Shown here one piece after another: positions 1 to 8,606 of a stretch of DNA of 64,000 nucleotides. The number at the start of each line of letters is the position of its first letter. Positions within the stretch are counted from its first letter, which is position 1. Source of the DNA: Nannocystales bacterium (GTDB lineage Bacteria > Myxococcota_A > Polyangia > Nannocystales > Nannocystaceae); NCBI GenBank assembly GCA_050633305.1, contig JBOEGF010000005.1, positions 384,001-448,000 of the forward strand. The letters are read 5' to 3'. The notes beneath the pieces are model-generated. The model ran no database searches. It was not told where the DNA came from and was given only the letters and a program-made list of their open reading frames with translations. Position numbers and translations under genes: made by a program.

Positions 1-47
1 GCGTAGATCGCGAGGAGAGAGACGGCGGAGGCGATGAGGGAGAGCAT
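1..47 (-). CDS. 5' end of a CDS running off the window (MLSLIASAVSLLAIY...), probable signal peptide or membrane N-terminus
   Basis: ATG at 47, 3 nt after the kinase stop; hydrophobic open frame to the window edge. Confidence 0.55.
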   Translation of the reverse strand, partial: MLSLIASAVSLLAIY

Positions 48-50
48 GGG

Positions 51-1598
51 TCAGGTCTTGCGCTTGCGTTGGCGTCTGGCGTGGACGCGTCGAACCTTGC
101 GCGTGAGTTCTTCGATACGTACGGGGATCGGGACGACATCCGCGACCCCGAGCCGCAGCAGGTGCGAGATCCGTTCCACTTCTGATGTGTCCGCGATGGC
201 GACCACTGTGTGACCGTCTTGGACGGTTCGCGCCAGGGCCCCATCACCGCCGCCTGAGACGATGACGACACTGCACTGGGGCGTATCTCCACCATGGGGC
301 TCAACGGGGGGCTCAACGGGGGGCTCAACGGGGGGCTCAACGGGGGGCTCAACGGGGGGCTCAACGGGGATCACTCGGATCCCGTTGCTCGCGAGGGCCA
401 TGACGATTTCTTCGGTCAGCTCCCCTACGAATCCTGCATCGATGATCTCGACGCCGCTGGGGAGCGAGGCGTCGGGGGCGAGGGCCATGGCGGCTGGCAC
501 CGAGATCATGCGGTCGGTGCGCTCGCCGAGCATCCGGTCGCTACGGCTGCGGTGCCGGGCGCCGGAGAGGGTGCCCGAAACACGCTGCAGCTCTTCGCCG
601 ACCCGCTCGATGCTTGGTCTCTCGAACGGCTGCTTGGCGAGCATGTGTAGGACGAGTGCTTCGAAGTCGCTGGGGATGCCCGCATCCGGAGCCCGCTCTC
701 GGAGGGAAACGGGCGCCACGTACAGATGCTGGGTGAGCACGTTCATCCAGCTGCCGAGGAACGGTGGCCACCCGGTGGCCATCTCGTACAGCATGCATCC
801 GAACGAGTAGACGTCCCCTGGGGGACCGACGACCTTGCCTTGGGCCTGCTCCGGCGAGAGGTACGCGGGCGTTCCCACGACGAGTCCCTCCTTGGTGAGG
901 CGTCCCATGTCCTCGCCGCCTTCGACGAAGGCCAGTCCAAAGTCGAGCACACGGATGGCTTCTCGTTCGCCGTCCTGCTCGAGGAAGATGTTCTCGGGCT
1001 TGAGGTCGCGGTGAACGAGCGGGATCGTGTGCGCGGCCGCGAGAACGTCCACGAGCGGGGTCGCTATTTCGAGGAGCCGGTCCAGCGGGAGTGGAGTTCC
1101 GTCGTGCATGAAATCGCGAAGCGGCGCGCCCTCGAGCAACTCCATCGCGATGTAGACATGGGACTCGGAAGCTCCGACATCGAAGATGCGAACCGCGACC
1201 GGATGGGTGAGCGTGGCCGCAACCCGGGCTTCTCGCTCGAAGCGACGACGCCCCAGATCGTTGACCGCGAGGTGCGGCGCGAGCAGTTTGAGCGCGACTT
1301 CACGACCGAGGTTGAGCTGGGTCGCTCGGTACACCGAGCCCATCCCGCCTTGGCCGATGAGCTCCGCAATCTCGAACTTACCGTCCACGATCGTGCCCCG
1401 AGGAATGAGCTCGTCTCCCTCGTTCGCGTCGGTGAACTGCTCGTGCTGCGCGTCGCGAGTTGTCGAGGGGTCTTCGAGTCCGCGAAAGGCCTCGGTGACT
1501 TCGACGCGTTGGGGAGGCGCTTGAGGCCGCTGTGTTTGTGGCGACCGACCGGCCGCAGGCACGGGTGCTTTCGCGATGATCGTCTTTCCGGACTTCAC
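51..1598 (-). CDS. Hanks-type Ser/Thr protein kinase with a C-terminal degenerate receiver-like domain
   Basis: GQGGMG, VALK, HRDLKPEN, DFG and GTPAYLSPE motifs; GTG start at 1598 overlaps the cyclase TGA (GTGA coupling); tail RLGVADVVPIPVRIEEL is receiver-like. Confidence 0.9.
   Translation of the reverse strand: MKSGKTIIAKAPVPAAGRSPQTQRPQAPPQRVEVTEAFRGLEDPSTTRDAQHEQFTDANEGDELIPRGTIVDGKFEIAELIGQGGMGSVYRATQLNLGREVALKLLAPHLAVNDLGRRRFEREARVAATLTHPVAVRIFDVGASESHVYIAMELLEGAPLRDFMHDGTPLPLDRLLEIATPLVDVLAAAHTIPLVHRDLKPENIFLEQDGEREAIRVLDFGLAFVEGGEDMGRLTKEGLVVGTPAYLSPEQAQGKVVGPPGDVYSFGCMLYEMATGWPPFLGSWMNVLTQHLYVAPVSLRERAPDAGIPSDFEALVLHMLAKQPFERPSIERVGEELQRVSGTLSGARHRSRSDRMLGERTDRMISVPAAMALAPDASLPSGVEIIDAGFVGELTEEIVMALASNGIRVIPVEPPVEPPVEPPVEPPVEPPVEPHGGDTPQCSVVIVSGGGDGALARTVQDGHTVVAIADTSEVERISHLLRLGVADVVPIPVRIEELTRKVRRVHARRQRKRKT
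298..369. repeat. Perfect 12-bp tandem repeat (ggctcaacgggg x6) encoding (PVEP)6
   Basis: Read directly in the sequence; in frame within the kinase. Confidence 0.95.
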
Positions 1599-3346
1599 AG
1601 GTTCAGCTCGAACAGGCGGGTCGGAGTCTCGTGCCCCGCCAGCGTCCGCTCGCCCAGCTCGGTGAACGAGAACCCGTCGCCCGCCGCTTCCTTCGTCTGC
1701 TCCGTGATCAAGATCTGCTGAGGTCGAGCGATCGCCTCCAGACGGGCTGCCACGTTCACGGCGTCGCCGATCGCCGTGTACTCCATCCGAGTCTTCGAGC
1801 CGATGTTCCCCACGACCGCTTCCCCGGAGTTGATCCCCACGGCGATCTGGATCGTCACGCCGTACTTCTTCTTCCAGTTCGCGTTCCCGATCTCCAGCCA
1901 TGAAACGATCTCTTCCGCGGCTTCCAAGGCCCGTGCGGCGTGGTCCGGCTCGTCGCTGGGAGCGCCCCAGATCGCCATGACGCAGTCGCCGATGAACTTG
2001 TCGACCGTACCATCGTGACGAAACACGATGTCGGTCAGGATCGTGAACAGCTCGTTGAGGATCTGAACCGTGGCCTCGGGTTCGAGCTCCTGAGTCAGCG
2101 GCGTGAATGCCACGACGTCTGCGAACAACACTGTAATTTCACGGCGGGCCCCGCCAAGGCCCATGTCCTGCTCGCGCTTGACCACTTTGTCGACCAGTTC
2201 GGCCGGAAGGTAGCGGCCCAAGTCGGCACGAATTGCTTCCTCTTCGCGGATCCGGACCTCGGAGGCTTGCAGGTCGTTCGCGGCCTGACTCATGGCGCGC
2301 CCCAAGACGGCCAGCTCGTCAGAGGTCTTGATCTCGACGGTCTCTGTGAAGTTTCGCCGCGCCAGTGAATCCGCGAACGTGCTCAGTTGCTCGATCGGGC
2401 TGGTGACCTGCCGGGACAAGACCACGCTGGCGATCATGGCGATGACGAGCGCGGCAATCACGGCCCCGGTGACGATGCGCTGGACGCGAGTGACCGGGGC
2501 ATACGCGACGTCGCGAGGGACCTGTGCGACCAGAGCCCAGCGGCGCGCTCTCAGACCGACGACGGTTCCGACCCATTGGCTCCCATCCGAGCCCGTGTAC
2601 TCCGCGGATTGGGAGAATCTGCGTTTCTCGCCCAGCTCGATCCCTCGCAACGCGCCTTCATCCGCTCCGCTGGCCAAGGTGTCTGCGAGCTCGCGGTTCG
2701 GGTGTGCGAGGTAGCGCTGCTCCTCGTCGACGACGTATAGAGCGTTGGTCAGGTCCGTGAAGTGGGCGTCTGCCTGGGACTCGACCCGTCGCTGGATCTC
2801 GGCCGTGGAGACCAGGCTGACCGCATATCCGGTGACCGTGTCTTCGGCGCGCAACGGAACCACGATGGGCAGCCGCGGACCGTGAGCGGTGACCGTTGCG
2901 AGTCCGGTCGCGACGCCCTCGATCGTTGCCACCTCCCGGAGCTCGGCGGCGAGCGTTGGAGGCGTCTGGAAGTTCTCAAGGCGGCCCTCGACGATGGGGG
3001 TAATGACCTCTCCTTTTGCGTCGTAGATGATCGCGTTGTCGAGGACCTCGTTGCTCTCGACGAGCACCGTCGACATCGAGATGCGCGCATCCTCGGAGAG
3101 GGTGTCGTTGGTGAGCGTCCGGCCGATCGCGTCGAGGCCATCCTGGGCTTGGGATAACTCGTGTTCGATCGCCTCCGCGACAACCTCGAGCACCGCGATC
3201 TGGAGCTCTCGATATGAGGTCTCGACCGTCGCACGGGTGAGCTCGATCGCCGCCCAACCAACGCCGACGATGTGGACGATGAGCAGGAGGGCTGCGAAGA
3301 CCGCGAGCTTGATCCGCAGGGGGAAGCGGACGGAGCGATCGCTCAT
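1595..3346 (-). CDS. Membrane class III adenylate cyclase (TM, Cache-like sensor, TM, HAMP, cyclase)
   Basis: LFADV, DKFIGDCVM, GINSG and YTAIGDAVNVAARL motifs; two TM segments; HAMP-like TSDELAVL. Confidence 0.92.
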   Translation of the reverse strand: MSDRSVRFPLRIKLAVFAALLLIVHIVGVGWAAIELTRATVETSYRELQIAVLEVVAEAIEHELSQAQDGLDAIGRTLTNDTLSEDARISMSTVLVESNEVLDNAIIYDAKGEVITPIVEGRLENFQTPPTLAAELREVATIEGVATGLATVTAHGPRLPIVVPLRAEDTVTGYAVSLVSTAEIQRRVESQADAHFTDLTNALYVVDEEQRYLAHPNRELADTLASGADEGALRGIELGEKRRFSQSAEYTGSDGSQWVGTVVGLRARRWALVAQVPRDVAYAPVTRVQRIVTGAVIAALVIAMIASVVLSRQVTSPIEQLSTFADSLARRNFTETVEIKTSDELAVLGRAMSQAANDLQASEVRIREEEAIRADLGRYLPAELVDKVVKREQDMGLGGARREITVLFADVVAFTPLTQELEPEATVQILNELFTILTDIVFRHDGTVDKFIGDCVMAIWGAPSDEPDHAARALEAAEEIVSWLEIGNANWKKKYGVTIQIAVGINSGEAVVGNIGSKTRMEYTAIGDAVNVAARLEAIARPQQILITEQTKEAAGDGFSFTELGERTLAGHETPTRLFELNL

Positions 3347-5172
3347 GGAATCCTCGAAAGGGCCTGCTCCAGCTCACCGAACCGAAGTTGAAGGCCCGGC
3401 CAGTCCACGATCCCGCTGGCGGCGACCGTCCGCAGCGCGTCCTCGACGTCCGAGCGGAGTTTGAGTGCCACACCACGCGCGGATTCCCCTGTGAGCATCG
3501 CCGCCAAGATGTTGAGGTTGGCGTGCGCGTCGTCGAGCGCGGTCTGGGAAGGCATCGAGCCATCTCCGGCCAGGAGGGGGCGCAGTGCCGCCATGCGCTC
3601 TGTCGGGCTCGCGAGTGTGTCCTGCGAGAACAGGCCAGAGTCCATGGCCATGGTCTCTCGTCGTTGGCCTGAAGGGGTCGACTGCGGCCGCACCACGGGC
3701 CGCGCTCGCGTCTCGGAGACCGGTCTGGGAACCTCGAACGAGAACGTCGAGCCGTGCCCGACCTCGCTCTCCACCCAGATCCGCCCGCCGTGGGCGTCGA
3801 CGATCGACTTGGAGATGACCAACCCCAGGCCCGAGCCCATCTTGGTGCGGCGGGTGCTGGAATCGAGTTGGCTGAACTTCTTGAACAGGCGGGGAAGATC
3901 GCGGGCGGCGATACCTGGGCCTTGGTCGCGGACGCGGACGCGGACCCGGCTGCCGTTGGTTGGCTCGATGTCGATCGTGACGACGCTGGACTCCGGGGAG
4001 AACTTGATCGCGTTGGAAACCAGATTTGTGATCACCTGGTGGATGCGGTCGCGGTCGATGTGGACGGCGTCGGGCGCGGTGGACTGCACGTCCAGCGTGA
4101 CGCCCGCTTGGGTCGCGAGTGCACCGATCTCGCGAGCGACATCGTGGGCAACCTCGCCCATGGAGACGGTCTTGCGTTTGAGCCCCAGCCGTCCCGACTC
4201 CATCTTCTCGAGGTCGAGGATGTCGTTGATCAGGCGGATCAGACGGTCGGTGTTTGTCCGCGCGATCCGGGTCAGGTCTCGCGCCTTTTGGGGGAGTTCT
4301 CCTGCGACACCGCCTTCGAGCAGGCCCAATGAGCCCCGGATCGAGGTGAGAGGCGTGCGAAGCTCGTGCGACACGATCGAGACGAACTCGTCCTTCATGC
4401 GTTGTGCCTTGAGCCGCTCGGTCACGTCGGTCGCGACACCGACCACGCCGTCTCGCGCTCCGTCCCGAGAAGAGTAGGGGGAGCACCGAACCTCATAGGC
4501 GAGCGAACCAACCTCGATCGTGCTGACCGCAACGCGGCCCGAGAGTGCCTCGCGCACGATCTCCAGCAGGTCGGGCATCTGCGCGTAAGCCTCGAACACG
4601 CTCTCGCCCACAAGCTCGGGGGAGGCGAAGGCCGCCCCAACCGCGCCCATGCCCTCGATCAGGGTGAACTGTCCTTCATCGTTGAGCGCGAACAACACGA
4701 TGGGTGCTCCGGTCACGATCGTGCGCAGGCGGGCCTGCGAGCGGCGGAGTTCTTCCTCCGTCTTTCTCTGCGATGTGACGTCGCGATGCGAGAGGACCAG
4801 ACAGCGAGGCTCGATGTCGGCGGGACGAACCTCGGTTCGCCACCATCGAATCTTGTGCTCGGAGGTCCGGACCCGGTACGTCAGGGTCCGAGGATGAGGG
4901 GCGCTGCCATCGAGCGCGGCATCGATGGCTCGGCCCAGCTGCGCACCCGCGTGGCGAAGCGTTGGCTCGAGGTCGTCGAGGCTCGCCCGGTAGGCGTCAC
5001 CGACGTCTCCTCGAGCCTTGCCGGCCAAGGGCGGGCCGTCGTCGGCGAGCCAAGCTGCATTCGCAACCCAGAGCTCACCGGAGGGGCCGACGAGCGCGCT
5101 GGGAAGTTCCAGCGCGTCGACGATGGCCTGGGCGTAGCGCCGCGCATCGGGAGCCATGCCCATGGATACCAT
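3343..5172 (-). CDS. PAS-domain sensor histidine kinase
   Basis: H-box SHELRTPLTSI, N-box NLVSNAIKFS, DQGPGI, GSGLGL; PAS/PAC-like segments. Confidence 0.93.
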   Translation of the reverse strand: MVSMGMAPDARRYAQAIVDALELPSALVGPSGELWVANAAWLADDGPPLAGKARGDVGDAYRASLDDLEPTLRHAGAQLGRAIDAALDGSAPHPRTLTYRVRTSEHKIRWWRTEVRPADIEPRCLVLSHRDVTSQRKTEEELRRSQARLRTIVTGAPIVLFALNDEGQFTLIEGMGAVGAAFASPELVGESVFEAYAQMPDLLEIVREALSGRVAVSTIEVGSLAYEVRCSPYSSRDGARDGVVGVATDVTERLKAQRMKDEFVSIVSHELRTPLTSIRGSLGLLEGGVAGELPQKARDLTRIARTNTDRLIRLINDILDLEKMESGRLGLKRKTVSMGEVAHDVAREIGALATQAGVTLDVQSTAPDAVHIDRDRIHQVITNLVSNAIKFSPESSVVTIDIEPTNGSRVRVRVRDQGPGIAARDLPRLFKKFSQLDSSTRRTKMGSGLGLVISKSIVDAHGGRIWVESEVGHGSTFSFEVPRPVSETRARPVVRPQSTPSGQRRETMAMDSGLFSQDTLASPTERMAALRPLLAGDGSMPSQTALDDAHANLNILAAMLTGESARGVALKLRSDVEDALRTVAASGIVDWPGLQLRFGELEQALSRIP

Positions 5173-5193
5173 CGAGGGGCCGAGCGGAGCGGC

Positions 5194-6099
5194 CTAGATG
5201 AAGCGAACGCCGAGCAGGACAGAGGTGATCGTGTCGAGCTGCTCGACCTCTGGGAGGGGGTCGTTCTCGTACCGGAGCGTGAAGGTGGTTGAAAGGCTGA
5301 CCCGGTTGTTGAGGTTCGCCGTGAGGGCCGTGGCCCAGTTGATCCGGAAGACCGGCGCGTCGACGACCGACTGTAGGTACTCGATCCCGGTATCGAACGT
5401 GACGTATTCGTTGAGGTTGTTGGTGTAGCCGCCGAACAGGCGTGCGGCGTGGTTGGTAAACGTCTTCGCCTCCAGTGAGATGACCTCGCCGGCGTCGTCG
5501 CGAGTTGCCCGACCGTCGTACGTTCTGATGTCGTACTGGAAGTCGTATCCTGCTTCGAACCAAAGCCGCTGCTTCGGGTCGGTGAGGGCGTAGAACGAGA
5601 AACCGGGGTCCACGTTCATTCGGTAGGCGAGCCCCTGGAAGGAGTCGGTGCGCGCTGTCGTCTGCAGGAACATCGACCATCGCTTCGCGAAGAACCAGTC
5701 GTAGCGGACCATCCCCTGTAGGTTGCGAACTGTGACCTCAGCCTCGGGATCGCTGTCGAGCTCCGTCGGAACCGATGCCCGCCCGTAGTTTCCTGCGGCG
5801 TCGGTGCGGAACTGGTGAGCGCCACGGCGGAGACGGAAGTTGATGAGGGCGGTCGCGGAGGTTGCGACCGCGTTGCCTGTCGACATGAAACCCCCCAGGG
5901 AGGCGTTCAACTCGGTCGCGTCGTCGGCTTTCTCGTCGTCGGGGGTCGCTGACGCGGCGAACGTTCCCTGCCCGGCGACTTCTGTGTTGCCGGTCGTGGC
6001 GGGGTCTTTGGTGACGGTGCCTTCGGGGGGCTGAGCAAGCGTGTAGCCTGCGGTTCCGAGATTGATGGCGGAGAAGGTCAGTAGAGCGAGGGCGTTCAT
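5194..6099 (-). CDS. DUF481/YdiY-like outer-membrane beta-barrel protein
   Basis: Signal peptide, STGNA motif, amphipathic strands, C-terminal DTITSVLLGVRF; SD GGAAGGA before ATG 6099. Confidence 0.8.
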   Translation of the reverse strand: MNALALLTFSAINLGTAGYTLAQPPEGTVTKDPATTGNTEVAGQGTFAASATPDDEKADDATELNASLGGFMSTGNAVATSATALINFRLRRGAHQFRTDAAGNYGRASVPTELDSDPEAEVTVRNLQGMVRYDWFFAKRWSMFLQTTARTDSFQGLAYRMNVDPGFSFYALTDPKQRLWFEAGYDFQYDIRTYDGRATRDDAGEVISLEAKTFTNHAARLFGGYTNNLNEYVTFDTGIEYLQSVVDAPVFRINWATALTANLNNRVSLSTTFTLRYENDPLPEVEQLDTITSVLLGVRFI

Positions 6100-6130
6100 G
6101 CGCGTCCTTCCGGTAGCTGTGACTGACCAT

Positions 6131-6146
6131 TGCAGGACCGGGGCCA
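6131..6146 (-). promoter_or_regulatory. Sigma-54 (-24/-12) promoter for the leftward operon
   Basis: TGGCCCCGGTCCTGCA = GG-N10-GC on the minus strand, about 30 nt before the ATG at 6099. Confidence 0.7.
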
Positions 6147-6204
6147 ACGTTGCCAACTCTTGCGAAATTCGGAGTTGTGGGGGTGTTCGGACCGGTCGGC
6201 CCTC

Positions 6205-6219
6205 GGGGCACGCTGCCCC
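6205..6219. promoter_or_regulatory. Palindromic candidate enhancer site GGGGCA-N3-TGCCCC
   Basis: Perfect inverted repeat about 60 nt upstream of the sigma-54 promoter; near-identical copy at 7731. Confidence 0.55.
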
Positions 6220-6318
6220 AGCGCGGCGCCTCGCCTCCCCCGCACGCCCGCTCAGACCGCGTTTTCACGCAGGTTTGGCGACCGCTGGCTTGGAACGAAC
6301 AATGCTATAGAGGGAGGC

Positions 6319-7698
6319 GTGCCCGACGCGAAAGACAACGGCCGCCTCCTCGTCGTTGAGGATGATCAAGACCTTCGAGAACTCCTCAGCGCGGGCTTAA
6401 CCGCGCACGGGTTCTCGGTCGAGAAAGCGGGATCCGCCGAGGCGTCACTCAAGCAGCTCGAGTCCGAGCGCTTCGATGTGGTCCTGGTGGACTTGAATCT
6501 CCCCGGTATGAGCGGCCTGGAACTCTGTTCACGGGTGGTGGCAGAAACCACCTCCGCTGTCGTGATCATGACGGCGTTCGCGTCGATCAAGAGCGCGGTC
6601 GAGGCGATGAGGGCTGGGGCCTACGACTACATTCTCAAGCCGCTCGACGTCGACGCGGTCGCCCTCCGGCTCGGACGTGTCGTCAAGGAGCGATGGATTC
6701 ACGAGGAGGCCCGCCGCTTGCGGGACGTCGTGCATCCCACGGGCGGCTTCGGCAGCCTCACCGGAACGAGCGCTCCGATGCAGCGGATCTACGACCTGTT
6801 GGGTCGGGCCGCGCCGTCGGAGGCGTCGGTGTTGATCACCGGCGAGAGCGGGACGGGCAAAGAGCTGGCTGCGCGTGCGTTGCATGATCACAGCAACCGC
6901 CGGGACGGACCGTTCGTCGCCCTCAACTGCTCGGCCGTCCCCGAGCAGCTCATCGAGAGCGAGTTGTTCGGCCACGCGCGAGGCTCGTTCACCGACGCAC
7001 GGAACGATCGCGTGGGTCTCTTTGCCCAGGCCAACGGTGGAACGTTGTTTCTCGACGAGATCGGAGAGATCCCCGGGCCGATGCAAGCCAAGCTTCTGCG
7101 GGCGCTCGAGGAGCGGCGGGTTCGACCCGTCGGCTCCAACAAGGAGATGGAGATTGATGTCCGCATCGTCGCGGCGACGAACCGTGACCTCGAGGCTTGG
7201 GCCGAGCAGGGGCGTTTCAGGGAAGACCTCTACTTCCGGATCAATGTCATCCACGCCCAGCTTCCCCCGCTACGCGCTCGTGGCACGGACGTACTGCTGC
7301 TGGCGCAACACTTCCTGCGTCGGTTCTCCGCGCAGGAGGCCAAGGAGGTCAACGGAATCGACCCGGTTGCCGCGCAGCGTCTGTGCGACTACGAGTGGCC
7401 AGGCAACGTCCGGGAGCTTCGCAACTGCATCGAGCGCGCGGTCGCATTGACGCGGTTTGCAGAGCTGTCCCTCGAGGACCTCCCCGAGCGCATCCGAACC
7501 TTCAAACGGTCGCATGTTGTGGTGGCATCGGACGACCCGTCCGAACTCGTGCCGATCGAGGAGGTCGAACGCCGCTACATCATGCGAGTGCTCGAAGCCG
7601 TCGGCGGCAGCAAGACCGCCGCCTCGAAGATCCTCGGTCTCGATCGGAAGACGCTTTATCGACGGCTCGAGCGCTACAAGGCGCAGGGCCTCACGTGA
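6319..7698 (+). CDS. Sigma-54-dependent response regulator (NtrC/AtoC family)
   Basis: Receiver domain, GESGTGKE, ESELFGH, GSFTDA, FLDEIGE, WPGNVREL, Fis HTH; SD GGAGG before GTG 6319. Confidence 0.95.
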   Translation: MPDAKDNGRLLVVEDDQDLRELLSAGLTAHGFSVEKAGSAEASLKQLESERFDVVLVDLNLPGMSGLELCSRVVAETTSAVVIMTAFASIKSAVEAMRAGAYDYILKPLDVDAVALRLGRVVKERWIHEEARRLRDVVHPTGGFGSLTGTSAPMQRIYDLLGRAAPSEASVLITGESGTGKELAARALHDHSNRRDGPFVALNCSAVPEQLIESELFGHARGSFTDARNDRVGLFAQANGGTLFLDEIGEIPGPMQAKLLRALEERRVRPVGSNKEMEIDVRIVAATNRDLEAWAEQGRFREDLYFRINVIHAQLPPLRARGTDVLLLAQHFLRRFSAQEAKEVNGIDPVAAQRLCDYEWPGNVRELRNCIERAVALTRFAELSLEDLPERIRTFKRSHVVVASDDPSELVPIEEVERRYIMRVLEAVGGSKTAASKILGLDRKTLYRRLERYKAQGLT

Positions 7699-7730
7699 GC
7701 AACGCGGCGGAAGCGGGACATGGCCCCGTC

Positions 7731-7758
7731 GGGGCACCGAGCCCCGGGCACGGTGTCC
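7731..7758. promoter_or_regulatory. Tandem candidate enhancer sites GGGGCACCGAGCCCC / CGGGCACGGTGTCC
   Basis: First site is one mismatch from the 6205 palindrome; about 55 nt upstream of the second sigma-54 promoter. Confidence 0.5.
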
Positions 7759-7798
7759 TGCTTTCGTCGGAACTGGCCGACCTTTTGTGGTGAGTGGT

Positions 7799-7814
7799 TG
7801 GCCCGACGCATGCA
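7799..7814 (+). promoter_or_regulatory. Sigma-54 (-24/-12) promoter for the receiver/Hpt operon
   Basis: TGGCCCGACGCATGCA = GG-N10-GC. Confidence 0.7.
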
Positions 7815-7839
7815 AATCTCGAAGGGTGGAGGCGGAGTG

Positions 7840-8217
7840 GTGGCGATTCGCAAGGTGGTGCTGTGCGACGATGATCCCGATATTCGGGCGATTGGCGAGA
7901 TCTCTCTCCGCGATGTGGGCGGGTGGGATGTCGTGTGTGTGAACGATGGCTTCGCGGCGGTGGAGGCGGCTCGGGCGGAGATGCCGGACCTGATCCTGCT
8001 GGACATCATGATGCCGAGGCTCGATGGCCCGGGCACGTTCGCGAAGCTCCGGGAGGATCCGCAGTGCAGTGCGATCCCCGTTGTCTTCATGACCGCGAAG
8101 GCGCAGTCACACGAGCTGCGCGGATACACGGACCTCGGTGCGGCCGGAGTCATCGCGAAGCCCTTCGACCCGCTCACACTGCCCGAGCAGATTCGCGCGC
8201 TGGTGGAGACACCATGA
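7840..8217 (+). CDS. Single-domain response regulator (CheY-like)
   Basis: CDDD, LILLDIMMP, FMTA, KPFD; SD GGAGG upstream. Confidence 0.92.
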   Translation: MAIRKVVLCDDDPDIRAIGEISLRDVGGWDVVCVNDGFAAVEAARAEMPDLILLDIMMPRLDGPGTFAKLREDPQCSAIPVVFMTAKAQSHELRGYTDLGAAGVIAKPFDPLTLPEQIRALVETP

Positions 8218-8525
8218 GTTCGGACGCATCCAAGGCCGCCGCGCGAGACAAGCTCGCCGCGCTTCGCAACGGCTTCGCAACGAGGCTGCGTGAGCGGGTG
8301 CGCGTGCTCGAGGATGCGGTCGAGGCTGCGTGTTCTCGAGACGATCTCGGCGTGCGTCAGACCGAGGCGCTCGCCCATCAACTCGCTGGGACCGCGGGGT
8401 CATACGGGTTCGTCGAGGTTGGGGAGCTCTCGGCCGAACTCGAGGCGCTGTGTCAGGCCGGGTTTGAGCCGGATGCGGCAAGGGCGATCATCGAGCGTCT
8501 TTGGACCGCGCTCGGACGCCCCTGA
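8214..8525 (+). CDS. Hpt (histidine phosphotransfer) protein
   Basis: AHQLAGTAGSYGF motif; ATGA overlap with the receiver gene. Confidence 0.88.
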   Translation: MSSDASKAAARDKLAALRNGFATRLRERVRVLEDAVEAACSRDDLGVRQTEALAHQLAGTAGSYGFVEVGELSAELEALCQAGFEPDAARAIIERLWTALGRP

Positions 8526-8544
8526 GGCCCGCCTCCCAAACAGA

Positions 8545-8575
8545 TCGGCCCCGTGCGAGTACGCTCCGGGGCCGA
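8545..8575. terminator. GC-rich hairpin between convergent genes
   Basis: tcggccccg...cggggccga inverted repeat; no U-tract. Confidence 0.45.
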
Positions 8576-8606
8576 CGATGCTGCGCCCCCGGTCGGGGTC
8601 CGCAGG

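Noticed and set aside
298..369. Tandem repeats as a possible CRISPR array (also 60380-60450, 62616-62690, 63245-63315)
   Set aside because: No spacers; these are in-frame low-complexity coding repeats, and no cas genes are present
1599..1901. N-terminal extensions given by the ORF track (kinase; also hflX, tuf, maeB, M2 peptidase, DsbA, methyltransferase 25396)
   Set aside because: They overlap neighbouring genes or leaders; downstream starts with SD or stop/start coupling fit better
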